This document shows, one piece after another, positions 50,380 through 59,198 of a DNA stretch of 64,000 nt. Below the pieces are notes generated by a model. That model did no database searches. It was not told the origin of the DNA and saw only the letters and a program-made list of their open reading frames with translations. The stretch's first letter is position 1. Every line of letters starts with the position of its first letter. The DNA comes from Longimicrobiales bacterium. Its GTDB lineage: Bacteria > Gemmatimonadota > Gemmatimonadetes > Longimicrobiales > Gaopeijiaceae. The stretch lies in assembly GCA_965219445.1 (NCBI GenBank), contig CBDCNQ010000003.1, positions 224,001 through 288,000 of the forward strand, read 5' to 3'. The position numbers and the translations under genes were made by a program.

Positions 50380-51021
50380 TCAGCCAGCGGCAACGTCACC
50401 CACAGGAACGCGGTCGGCGCTACGCGACGCTTGGCTGTGTCTCCTCCGCCGACGAATACGAAGGAGCATCAATACGGCCAGCACGGTCGTGGCCACGATC
50501 GGCCAGTACGTATCCGCCTTGACCTGCCAGTAGAAATGCAGCACACCCAAACTGGTCGACAGGTATACCAATCGATGGAGCCTCTGCCAGTTCTTCTTGA
50601 GTCTTCGGATCCATCCTTTGGTCGAGGTGATGGCTAGGGGTATCAGCAGCAGCCAAGCCGTGAAGCCCGCCAGGATATAGGGGCGCTCCATGACGTCCTC
50701 GATGACGAACTCCAAGTCGAGGGTCTGATCCACGACGGCATACCAAAGGAAGTGCATCGTCAGGTAGAAGAATGCGAAGAGCCCTACGGGGCGCCGGAGA
50801 GGAGCGATGCTGTTCCAACCGGTGAGGCGCCGAACGGGGGTGATGGACAGTGTGACCAGGAGGAAGATCAGGGCGGTGTCGCCAAACCAATGCAGTACCT
50901 CCTCGATCGGGTTGGCACCGAGGCGATCCGTAAACCCGAGCCATAGGAGCCACACGGCGGGTGCGAGTCCCAAGAACCAAACCAGACCCTTGAGGAAGAG
51001 GAGACGACGCTTCTTGTTCAC
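50380..51021 (-). CDS. msrQ: heme-binding membrane subunit MsrQ
   Basis: GANPIE, RR..GL.AF.Y...H, LA.TS, W..LHRLVY, LHF.W. Confidence 0.95.
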   Translation of the reverse strand: MNKKRRLLFLKGLVWFLGLAPAVWLLWLGFTDRLGANPIEEVLHWFGDTALIFLLVTLSITPVRRLTGWNSIAPLRRPVGLFAFFYLTMHFLWYAVVDQTLDLEFVIEDVMERPYILAGFTAWLLLIPLAITSTKGWIRRLKKNWQRLHRLVYLSTSLGVLHFYWQVKADTYWPIVATTVLAVLMLLRIRRRRRHSQASRSADRVPVGDVAAG

Positions 51022-51064
51022 ACCCCACCCCCGATTCGACTCAAGCGATCCGGTCCGGTTCCGC

Positions 51065-52051
51065 TCAGTAGTAGACCCGGAGATCCATCCCCGCGTAGAG
51101 GCCGGCCACTTGATCGACGTATCCGTTGAAGAGCAGGGTCTCACGTCTGCGTAACTCACCGAGCCGCCGCTCCCGAGCCTGGCTCCAGCGTGGGTGGTCG
51201 ACCTCCGGATTCACGTTGGCGTAAAAGCCATACTCGTTCGAAGCCGCCCTCTTCCATGAGTTATACGGCTCTTGCTCCGTGAACGTCATGCTCACGATGG
51301 ACTTGATGCCCTTGAACCCATATTTCCACGGTATTACAAGCCGGATGGGCGCACCGTTCTGGTTAGGAATATCCCGACCGTAGACACCGGTCACCAGAAT
51401 GGTGAGCGGGTGGCGCGCCTCGTCCAGGCGCAGACCCTCCACGTAGGGCCAGTCCAGGACTCTGCTCCGCTGACCGGGCATCTGCGCGGGATCGTGGAGC
51501 GTCTTGAATTCCACATAACGAGCGCTGCCGAGCGGCTCGGCGCGGTCGATCACGTCCTTGAGCGCGAAGCCATACCAGGGAATCACCATGGACCACGCCT
51601 CTACGCACCGCATCCGGTAGACCCGATCCTCCATCCTCCCGGGCCGAATGAAGTCCTCCAGCCCGTACACGCCCGGATTGGCACACATGCCTCCCACTTC
51701 GATCGTCCAAGGTCGGGGTCTAAGCGTATGCGCGTTTTTGACCGGGTCGTCCTTCTCGGTTCCGAACTCGTAATAGTTGTTGTACGAGGTCACGTCCTCA
51801 TAGGGCGTCAACTCCTCGTCCATTTCGGAGCGCACGTTGCTCCAGTCCCTCTGGCCACCCGAGGTCTGAGCCGCCACCCGACCGGGCCCGCCCGCGAGCG
51901 CGCCCCCCACGGCGCCGCCGATCAGCGCACCCCCGGCAGCTCCCCCGAGCGCGATCCCCGCACTCTTCCCAATGAACTGGCGGCGATTGATATAGACTCG
52001 CTCTGGTGTGATGTGGGACGACGGGATGTCGTCAGGCTTTCGGATCAACAT
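51065..52051 (-). CDS. msrP: methionine sulfoxide reductase catalytic subunit
   Basis: NRRQF Tat motif, YNNYYEFG, RCVEAWS, PWKYGFK, NP.VDHPRWSQA. Confidence 0.97.
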   Translation of the reverse strand: MLIRKPDDIPSSHITPERVYINRRQFIGKSAGIALGGAAGGALIGGAVGGALAGGPGRVAAQTSGGQRDWSNVRSEMDEELTPYEDVTSYNNYYEFGTEKDDPVKNAHTLRPRPWTIEVGGMCANPGVYGLEDFIRPGRMEDRVYRMRCVEAWSMVIPWYGFALKDVIDRAEPLGSARYVEFKTLHDPAQMPGQRSRVLDWPYVEGLRLDEARHPLTILVTGVYGRDIPNQNGAPIRLVIPWKYGFKGIKSIVSMTFTEQEPYNSWKRAASNEYGFYANVNPEVDHPRWSQARERRLGELRRRETLLFNGYVDQVAGLYAGMDLRVYY

Positions 52052-52371
52052 GGTCGCTCTCTCCAGTCGGGTGGGCCGCGGTTACAACCCTCTGTAGCGT
52101 GATGGCCGCGCTTCGCTTACCGTCCCAGGTTGGTGGGGCTATTCCATTCTCTTTCATTCTCTCTCGGTGTCTCAGCATCCTCGGTTTCTCTGCCTTCGCC
52201 CTACTCTAATTCCTTAGCTGCTCCGTGTCTCACGTAAGTTGGCAGAGAGGGTTAATCCCTACAACAGGCTCGTAAGTTCCAATCTTACTCGTTGGATAAT
52301 TACTCGTCCACAAAGGCGAAATGAGTGACCAGCGCTTCCTCTTCGCTTGGGCAAGAGAGTGTTCGTCAGCT

Positions 52372-53193
52372 TCAAGGTTGCAGGACCGAACCTGGGCGCA
52401 TGCCCACAACGAACCGAATCAGCAGTCCGATCACAACAGCCAGCCCGAACGTGCATACCAGGAGAGGACCGGTGGGGATGTCCGAACGAAAAGACGCCAC
52501 GACGCCGGTCACGAGCGCGACCGCACCAACGCCCCATGCGATCCAGAGCGCCACGCCGAACCGGCTCGTGAAGAGGAACGCCACCACCCCGGGAATGACG
52601 AGTGAGCTGAACACCATGAGGACTCCCGCTACCGGCACCGAGAACGAGATGACGATTCCGAAGAGTAAATAGAAGAGAAAGTCCCACGCACGGGCCCGTG
52701 GACGTTCGGCCTCTCCCAGCGATATCGACAGGAAGGGCTTCCTGAATATGAAGTAGATCACGCCGAGGACGGTGTAGACGATGGCCATGCGAATGATCTC
52801 AGGCCACCCGACCCAGATCAACGTCCCTGTCAAGGTTTCAGCGATGTGCTCGGCACCCTCCGCCGTGAACCCGGCGATCAGGATCACGGCAGCGGAGGCC
52901 ACCACGAAGGTGATGCCGATCACGGCCTCCTGGGGAACGACGGTCTCCTCGAAACGGCTGAAGGAGAAGATGAGCGCTCCTATTAGGGTAAAGCCCAGCG
53001 AAAAAGCCAGGGATAACGGCGTTTCATGGCCGACGCCCATGAGAAATCCCACCGTGGCACCGAGCGCTGCGATCTGTGCGAACGCGAGGTCGACAAAAAT
53101 CACCCCACGCGCGATGACGTGGAGGCCCAGATACGTGTGGATGGAGAGGATCACGAGGCCGGCCGCGATCGGCGGGATCATGAGATCGAGCAT
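52372..53193 (-). CDS. metal ABC permease (ZnuB/MntB-like)
   Basis: LGLHV..RGVIFVDLA.AQ, EA.IG; multiple TMs. Confidence 0.9.
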   Translation of the reverse strand: MLDLMIPPIAAGLVILSIHTYLGLHVIARGVIFVDLAFAQIAALGATVGFLMGVGHETPLSLAFSLGFTLIGALIFSFSRFEETVVPQEAVIGITFVVASAAVILIAGFTAEGAEHIAETLTGTLIWVGWPEIIRMAIVYTVLGVIYFIFRKPFLSISLGEAERPRARAWDFLFYLLFGIVISFSVPVAGVLMVFSSLVIPGVVAFLFTSRFGVALWIAWGVGAVALVTGVVASFRSDIPTGPLLVCTFGLAVVIGLLIRFVVGMRPGSVLQP

Positions 53194-53197
53194 GGCC

Positions 53198-54238
53198 TCA
53201 GCCTCCGGGCCCGGCAAACGCCTGCGCCAAACCCTCAACCCAGGTGTCCACGAGCGCGAAGTAGTCGTCGACACCGGCCCTCCCCCCGGGGTTCATCGGG
53301 ACCACGACCGAGCGAGCCATCCCACGCTCGGCGACCGTCTCGACCTTTCGTTCGTCGTAATGGGAAGCGGCGAGGATCACCCGGATTCCCTCACTCGCCA
53401 TCCTTTCGAGAAGCGAGGCCACGTGTCCCGGAGTTGGAGGGATCCCGGGCCTTGCCTCGACGAACTCGGCGCAACGCACGCCGAACCGATCCTCCAAGTA
53501 TGCCCAGTTCTTGTGGTAGCAAATGATGTCACGGCCTCGGAATGCTTCCGCCACGCCGAGCCAACCACCCAACTCGGAGATGAGCGGACGGCCCTCGAAC
53601 TCTTCACCTTCCAGGAAGGAATGAAGGCTCCCTTGGAGCGCGAGCTGCTCGAGCAGCTCAGCACCCAGGAGCTCCACGAGCTGATCTCCGAACAGCCGCC
53701 GATGGATCTCCGCCGACACGCGGGCCAGTCCCGCATTCCAGACGCCCGTCCGGTCCGGCGCCACCCGCCCGAGACCCACGCTGATGTTGCGAGCTACCTG
53801 GAGGGCTCGGAGGGGGTCGGTGGTGAGGTGCGGGTTACCGAAAATATGCACGTCTCCTCCGCTCCGGTCCGCCGTTACCGGGATGTCGAGCAATTCGATT
53901 CCCGCGTAGGCCGTCACGTACCCCCTGCCCCCTTCGGCCACATCGGCGTTTCTGGCCCGGTCCAGCACGGTCGGAGCCCAGAGCTCGAGGTCGAGTCCCG
54001 TCGTGATGAACAGATCGGCTCGCCGGAGCGACAGCGCGAAGCTCGGCTTCGGACGCACGAAGTGGGCGTCCTCATTCGGTGCCGCAATGGCGCTCACGTC
54101 GACCCCCGCACCTCCGATCTTCTCGACAAGGTCTGCATAGACCGGAAGCGTCGTCACCACCCGGACGGGATCCGCTTGCGCGGCCCCCTCTCCCGCCAGC
54201 AACCCCAAGACCGTTACCGCCGCGATGATTCTGAGCAT
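53198..54238 (-). CDS. metal ABC substrate-binding protein (ZnuA/TroA family)
   Basis: D.H, G.DLE.W, GDVH..GNPH, YH, E..PG.PP...H. Confidence 0.93.
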   Translation of the reverse strand: MLRIIAAVTVLGLLAGEGAAQADPVRVVTTLPVYADLVEKIGGAGVDVSAIAAPNEDAHFVRPKPSFALSLRRADLFITTGLDLELWAPTVLDRARNADVAEGGRGYVTAYAGIELLDIPVTADRSGGDVHIFGNPHLTTDPLRALQVARNISVGLGRVAPDRTGVWNAGLARVSAEIHRRLFGDQLVELLGAELLEQLALQGSLHSFLEGEEFEGRPLISELGGWLGVAEAFRGRDIICYHKNWAYLEDRFGVRCAEFVEARPGIPPTPGHVASLLERMASEGIRVILAASHYDERKVETVAERGMARSVVVPMNPGGRAGVDDYFALVDTWVEGLAQAFAGPGG

Positions 54239-54251
54239 CGTGTCATCCCCC

Positions 54252-55595
54252 TCAATAAGTTTCGTGTCTATGCGGACCCATCGCGAACGTGATTCGTAGC
54301 GTGAACTGCCCCGTCGTGTTTCCAGGATTTCCCAGGACATCGTACTCCGCCCTCAGCCGCACGTACTCGCTCTGCCAATACGTCAGGGCCGGGGAGACAA
54401 GCCAAGCCGACTCGGTGGGATCCTGCGGATTTTCTACCCACTCATACCGCCCGCCTGCAATCCACTGCTGAGAAAGTTTGACCTCGGCGAGTGACCAGAC
54501 ACCCAACACGGCCTCCGGCTCGGTGAGCCCCGGAACGGCTCCTGGATCCGAGAGCATGACTCCCCCCCGCACAACGACCCCGCTGTAGAGCGATCGCTCC
54601 GGCGGAGCCCAATTGAACGACATTTCAGCTCCGAACAGGCGATTACCGTACCGTCCGGCGAGATCCTCATAATCGCCAAACAGAGCACTCACGCCCACGT
54701 CCAGATCCGTTGATGCAGAGAGCTGCCAGAACGCGTTCATATGGCCCAGATAACTGAGTCCGTGGGACTCCCCGAACAGGATCTCATTACGACTCCGGGT
54801 GACCTCCACGGTGGCCTCATACGCTCCGGATCCCCCGGTCGGAAGCAGCCAATGAACCGAAGCCCCGTCTTGGGCCAAGGACTCCTCTCCAATAAAGGTG
54901 AGGTGCGGGAGTGACCGGCTCTGAAACTGAATCGCATGCGAGTGCCAACGGTTGAGCTGCCCGAATTGCTGGAAGAACCGCCCGACTTTGAGGCCGACAC
55001 CGCCCGGTAATGCGACCCACTCGACGTACCCCTCCTCCACCGCAACGCCGCCCCCTTCGCCTTCCTCTCCTCCGTCGGGAAACACTTCGATCCGACCCCC
55101 CTCCTCTTCTGCGGCAAGGAACACCCTGGCCCGGGTGAAGGGGTCGAGCGCCGATATGAACGCCAACTCGAACTCGCGAGGAATGAAGTTGTTGGTGCCT
55201 GGGTTCTCACTCTGGATGGACGCATAGACGTCCCCATTCAGGCTGATCTCCGGGTTCAATGCCTGCAGCGACCGCGAGCGACCAACGAACTCCTGGTCGC
55301 CCTGTGCCTGGGCCGTCGTGTCGGCTGCAGCACCTCCCGCGGCGGCCCGGGCCGCCGCCCGGAGCCGGGCGAGCTCGTCCGTCGTCTCCAACTGATCCCC
55401 TACCTCCGGCGCCGCCGGCCCACTCGCCACGACGGCCCCGAGGCTGTCGAACTGCGCCCGCAACAGCTCCAGTTCAGCCCGGAGAGAATCGAGCTGCGCG
55501 GACGGCACGTCCTGCGCATGCGCCCGGCCCGGGCCCACTGCGAGAGCCCCCATCAGGGCGAAAGCGCCGAAGCTTCCGGGTAATTTTTTTCGCAT
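54252..55595 (-). CDS. outer-membrane beta-barrel of the metal-uptake operon
   Basis: Signal peptide plus coiled coil, NPEIS, FG..N.WH.H, C-terminal G.H.H..Y. Confidence 0.8.
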   Translation of the reverse strand: MRKKLPGSFGAFALMGALAVGPGRAHAQDVPSAQLDSLRAELELLRAQFDSLGAVVASGPAAPEVGDQLETTDELARLRAAARAAAGGAAADTTAQAQGDQEFVGRSRSLQALNPEISLNGDVYASIQSENPGTNNFIPREFELAFISALDPFTRARVFLAAEEEGGRIEVFPDGGEEGEGGGVAVEEGYVEWVALPGGVGLKVGRFFQQFGQLNRWHSHAIQFQSRSLPHLTFIGEESLAQDGASVHWLLPTGGSGAYEATVEVTRSRNEILFGESHGLSYLGHMNAFWQLSASTDLDVGVSALFGDYEDLAGRYGNRLFGAEMSFNWAPPERSLYSGVVVRGGVMLSDPGAVPGLTEPEAVLGVWSLAEVKLSQQWIAGGRYEWVENPQDPTESAWLVSPALTYWQSEYVRLRAEYDVLGNPGNTTGQFTLRITFAMGPHRHETY

Positions 55596-55738
55596 GGTAC
55601 TCCTGAGAATCCATGTCCTCGGGCGTGTTCAACCAGAAGACACGAGCGGGAGAGCCCTGGAGCGATCCTTGGGTTAACCACCGAAATCGCTGGGCTCAAC
55701 GTGAAAGAGTGGCCCTCTCTGTTACGCGGAGGGCGTTC

Positions 55739-56074
55739 TCAGGGGGTGTGTGGTGGGGCCCTGGATTTCGTGCGGACGATACGGCGGAACTCGACCGGGA
55801 TATCGTGAGGGATCGAGACGGCCTCGCCCGGCGTAGGCGGAAACACCTGCAACGGAATCGATGAGTCCGTGGACCAGCCTTGTTTTCCGAACTGGATACA
55901 GAGGGTGTGGTCGTGGTGGGCGTGTGTGCACGCCTCGTGGTGCCCAGAGGCGATTACGGTTTCCGACCCCAGCAGTTCTCGATCCAGTGACGGGATGATC
56001 GCGCCCAGAGCGACCATCCAGACCGCCAAACCGGCATTGAAACGATCGCTCATGCGCCTTCTCATCCACAGCAT
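55739..56074 (-). CDS. RAPP-ending His/Cys-rich leader protein (DUF2946/CruR-like)
   Basis: Signal-like N-terminus, HHEACTHAHHDHTLC, terminal SRAPPHTP. Confidence 0.75.
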   Translation of the reverse strand: MLWMRRRMSDRFNAGLAVWMVALGAIIPSLDRELLGSETVIASGHHEACTHAHHDHTLCIQFGKQGWSTDSSIPLQVFPPTPGEAVSIPHDIPVEFRRIVRTKSRAPPHTP

Positions 56075-56081
56075 GCGTACA

Positions 56082-56110
56082 ACCTTAGGCTCAGCCCTAC
56101 AGGGTGTCAA
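56082..56110 (-). promoter_or_regulatory. sigma70-type promoter TTGACA-N17-TAAGGT
   Basis: -35 at 56110-56105, -10 at 56087-56082; ATG 7 nt downstream. Confidence 0.7.
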
Positions 56111-56300
56111 TCGGCCTCGTCCCCCAGCGAGGGCTTGCGGAGCTAGGATCAAAGGCATCATAGGGGCATGGCGACCGCTACCGGTACCGATCAGCAGCTA
56201 AGCAGCCCGAAGACGAAGAGGCGTTCTCCTCCGGGAGCGGGTGCGCGTTCATCATTATTCGCGCAAGCAAGCAACCCAACCCGTCCTACCCAAGAGGAGG

Positions 56301-57362
56301 ATGCCCATGGAGAGGTATATCGGACTCGACGCACACGCGTCGAGCTGCACGCTGGGGATTGTAGGCCCCAGCGGCAAGCGCTTGGGCTCGCAGGTGGTGG
56401 AGACGAACGCGCGGGCGCTGATCGAGGTGCTGCGAGGGATTCCGAGGAACCGGCACTTATGCCTGGAAGAAGGGACGCTGTCGGGGTGGCTGTACGAGGT
56501 GCTGAAGCCGCACGTGGAGGAGCTGACGGTGGCGGGGGTCGGCAAGAGCCGGGGCCCGAAGACCGACAAGCTGGACGCGTTTGCCCTGGCGGAGAAGCTG
56601 CGGATCGGATCACTGGAGACGACGGTCTACAAGAACCGGGGCCAGTTCAGGCGGCTGGGGGAACGGGCGAAGAGCTACGACTTCTTGGTCGGCGACACGG
56701 TGCGGGTGAAGAACCGGCTCAAGAGCGTGCTGCGCTCGAGAGGAGTGGCCTACGGCGCGGGGCGCTCGGTCTACTTAAAGCGCGACCGGGAGGAGTGGTT
56801 GGCCAAGCTGCCGGAAGCGAGCAGGACGACGGCCGGGTTGCTGTACGAGGAGCACGACGCACTCGTGGCATTGAGGGCGAAGGCCGAGAAGGCGTTGCTG
56901 GCGGAAGCACGCAAGCATCGAGAGTGGCATGTGCTGAAGACGTGCCCGGGTCTGGGTCCGATCCGGACGGCGGAGCTCCTGCCGGTGGTGGTGACGCCGT
57001 ACCGGTTCCAGAGCCGGAGCAGGTTCTGGGCGTACTGCGGACTGGGCGTCGTGATGCGGAGCTCGTCGGACTGGGTGCGGGGTCCGGGTGGGCGGTGGGT
57101 AAGGGAACCGGTACAGCAGACGCGGGGGCTGAATCGGAACTTCAACCACACGCTGAAGCGTGTGTTCAAGGGCGCAGCGACGACGGTGATCGGTCGGGCC
57201 GAGGACGAGCCCTTGTACCGCCACTACGAGCGACTCCTGGAGGGGGGCACGAAGCCGAATCTGGCGAAGCTGACGATCGCGCGTCAGCTCGCCTCGATCG
57301 TGCTAGCGGTGTGGCGCACGGGCGAAGCGTACGACCCCAAGAGACTGGAAGCGACGGAGTAA
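56301..57362 (+). CDS. IS110-family DEDD transposase/recombinase
   Basis: IGLDAH, LEE, KTDKLDA, PG.GP, AY.GL....RSS, AR.LA; GAGGAGG RBS. Confidence 0.96.
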   Translation: MPMERYIGLDAHASSCTLGIVGPSGKRLGSQVVETNARALIEVLRGIPRNRHLCLEEGTLSGWLYEVLKPHVEELTVAGVGKSRGPKTDKLDAFALAEKLRIGSLETTVYKNRGQFRRLGERAKSYDFLVGDTVRVKNRLKSVLRSRGVAYGAGRSVYLKRDREEWLAKLPEASRTTAGLLYEEHDALVALRAKAEKALLAEARKHREWHVLKTCPGLGPIRTAELLPVVVTPYRFQSRSRFWAYCGLGVVMRSSSDWVRGPGGRWVREPVQQTRGLNRNFNHTLKRVFKGAATTVIGRAEDEPLYRHYERLLEGGTKPNLAKLTIARQLASIVLAVWRTGEAYDPKRLEATE

Positions 57363-57439
57363 ACCGGGCCGGGATCGGCGAGCGTGGGGTCGAAAGCGGT
57401 CACAACATGGGGTCCGACGAAACGGAAGCGAACCGGTTA

Positions 57440-57571
57440 CAGGGGACAGCATCCATACACACCGTGGGCCGGGGCAGAGAGCCCAAGCCCCCACTCAAAG
57501 GCTATGCACCCCTGGAGAGCCGAACGAAGCGATGGGCCACAGAGTCCCAGATAGAAGGATGGTTCCCGCTC
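57440..57571 (+). ncRNA. bridge/seek-type guide RNA core (target- and donor-binding loops)
   Basis: Two hairpins whose internal loops carry TACACACC + TCAAAGG (target) and ATAGAAGG + GATG (donor). True transcript ends are unknown. Confidence 0.8.
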
Positions 57572-57847
57572 CAGAGCGGAGAACGCGACGGCTGTGAACG
57601 TCTTCCGGACTGCGATGCGGACCCTGCGAGCGCACCCCTCCCCACCCTGAGTCGTCGACCGGGCAATCCAAACCATGCGGACGCCGACGGTCAAAAAATG
57701 AGCCGACGGCGCGTGGGGAAGGTGCGTCTTGACCGCCAGCCCCATAGAAGGGTGTGTAAAAAAAGAGGCGACGTACCTTTCCGCTAGGTAGTAAGAAGTT
57801 AACCAGCGAATCCCGGGTGAGCGCCCGGGGGAAAGGAACGATGCCTC

Positions 57848-59092
57848 GTGAGGAAGAATATGGTGGGACCCGAGAGTGAGTCCAGCACGCCGACGTGGGA
57901 GTGCTTGGAAGCGCTGGTTCGTGAGAAGGCCCAGGAGATGGTCCAGCGGATTCTGGAGGAGGAAGTGACGGAGTTGCTCGGCCGGGAGAAGTCGGAGCGG
58001 AAGACGGTCGTAGACCCGGCGCCAGGCTACCGCAACGGCTACGGCAAGGCTCGGCGGCTGGCGATGAGCTCGGGCACGATCATGCTCCGACGGCCCCGGG
58101 TTCGAGGCATTGAGGAGCGGTTCGAGAGTCGGGTGTTGCCGTTGTTCGCACGACGGACGAAGGAGGTGGGTGCTCTGCTTCCGGAGCTGTATCTGCACGG
58201 GCTGGCGGAGGGAGACTTCGAGCTGGCGATGCGGGGCCTGCTGGGCGAGGGGGCCCCGTTGTCGAAGTCTTCGATTTGGCGGCTGCGGGCGGGATGGACA
58301 AGGAAATTCGAGGAATGGTCGAAGCGCTCGCTGGCCGACCGTGAGGTCGTCTACGTCTGGGCGGACGGGATCTACGTGAAGGCGGGGCTCGAGCGGGACA
58401 AGGCAGCGCTGCTGGTGGTTCTCGGTGCGATGCGAGATGGTACGAAGGAGGTGTTGGCCCTGAGATCGGGCTACCGAGAGTCGGTCGAGTCCTGGTCCGA
58501 GGTGTTGCGGGATCTGAAGGCACGCGGCATCGAGGCGCCCCGGCTTTTGATGGCGGACGGCAACGCGGCGATCTGGGGCGCAGTACGGCAGGTATGGCCT
58601 GAGGCGGGCGAGCAACGGTGCTGGAACCACAAGATGAGGAACGTGCTGGACCGGCTGCCTCAGCGGGAGCAGAGCGAGGCGAAGGACCTTCTCAGGACCG
58701 TGGTCTACGCACCGAGGCGGTCCGAGGCGCTGAAGGCCCGTGAGGCGTTCGCCAGGCGCTACAGACCGTGGTATCCGAAGGCGGTGGATGTACTCGAGGA
58801 CGACTGGGAGCGGATGGTGGCGTTCTACGACTTCCCCGAGGACCACTGGAAGCATCTACGCACGACGAACGTGGTCGAGAGCCCCTTTGCCGCAGTACGG
58901 CTCAGGACAACGGCGGCGAAGCGCTTCAAGCGGGTCGAGAGCGCTACGGCGCTGATCTGGAAGCTGCTCTTGGTGGCGGAGAAGCGCTTCAGAAGGCTCG
59001 ACGCTCCTCACCTCCTCAAGGACGTATTTGAAGGAAGAAAGTTCGAAGACGGAAAGCCCGTCTCAACCCAACAGCGGAAAAACGCCGCCTGA
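57848..59092 (+). CDS. IS256-family (mutator-type) transposase
   Basis: YRNGY, Y.WADG, ES..SW..L.DLK.RG, ADG, QRC.NH, LRTTN.VE. Confidence 0.96.
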   Translation: MRKNMVGPESESSTPTWECLEALVREKAQEMVQRILEEEVTELLGREKSERKTVVDPAPGYRNGYGKARRLAMSSGTIMLRRPRVRGIEERFESRVLPLFARRTKEVGALLPELYLHGLAEGDFELAMRGLLGEGAPLSKSSIWRLRAGWTRKFEEWSKRSLADREVVYVWADGIYVKAGLERDKAALLVVLGAMRDGTKEVLALRSGYRESVESWSEVLRDLKARGIEAPRLLMADGNAAIWGAVRQVWPEAGEQRCWNHKMRNVLDRLPQREQSEAKDLLRTVVYAPRRSEALKAREAFARRYRPWYPKAVDVLEDDWERMVAFYDFPEDHWKHLRTTNVVESPFAAVRLRTTAAKRFKRVESATALIWKLLLVAEKRFRRLDAPHLLKDVFEGRKFEDGKPVSTQQRKNAA

Positions 59093-59198
59093 AACATTTA
59101 CACACCTATTGACCCAACCTCGGGCTTGCGAACGCGATGGGTCTGCACAGAGGTTGTGTTCCCTCACGAGCAGGCTACCGAGAACCAGGAGTCGATCG

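Larger units (their letters stand above)
56156..57751 (+). mobile_element. IS110-family (IS1111-type) insertion sequence, about 1596 bp
   Basis: AAGG at both junctions (56152-56155, 57748-57751); imperfect sub-terminal IRs 56161-56173 and 57734-57746; long 3' non-coding end. Confidence 0.92.
56140..59121 (+). mobile_element. IS256-family element with its left IR split by an IS110-family insertion
   Basis: 9-bp direct repeats GGGCTTGCG at 56131-56139 and 59122-59130; rejoined IRL matches reverse-complement IRR at 20/25. Confidence 0.93.

Noticed and set aside
52130..52330. Pyrimidine-rich, lower-GC intergenic stretch with short repeats (TTACTCGT, CGTAAGTT)
   Set aside because: No convincing ORF, fold or repeat unit I can defend.
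52781..54292. 503-aa + strand ORF
   Set aside because: Antisense to the metal ABC genes; no recognisable motifs.
56168..57787. 539-aa + strand ORF spanning the IS110 element
   Set aside because: Alternate frame over the true transposase; Gly/Arg/Ala-rich, no motifs.
57437..58855. 472-aa minus-strand ORF
   Set aside because: Antisense shadow of the IS256 transposase in GC-rich DNA.
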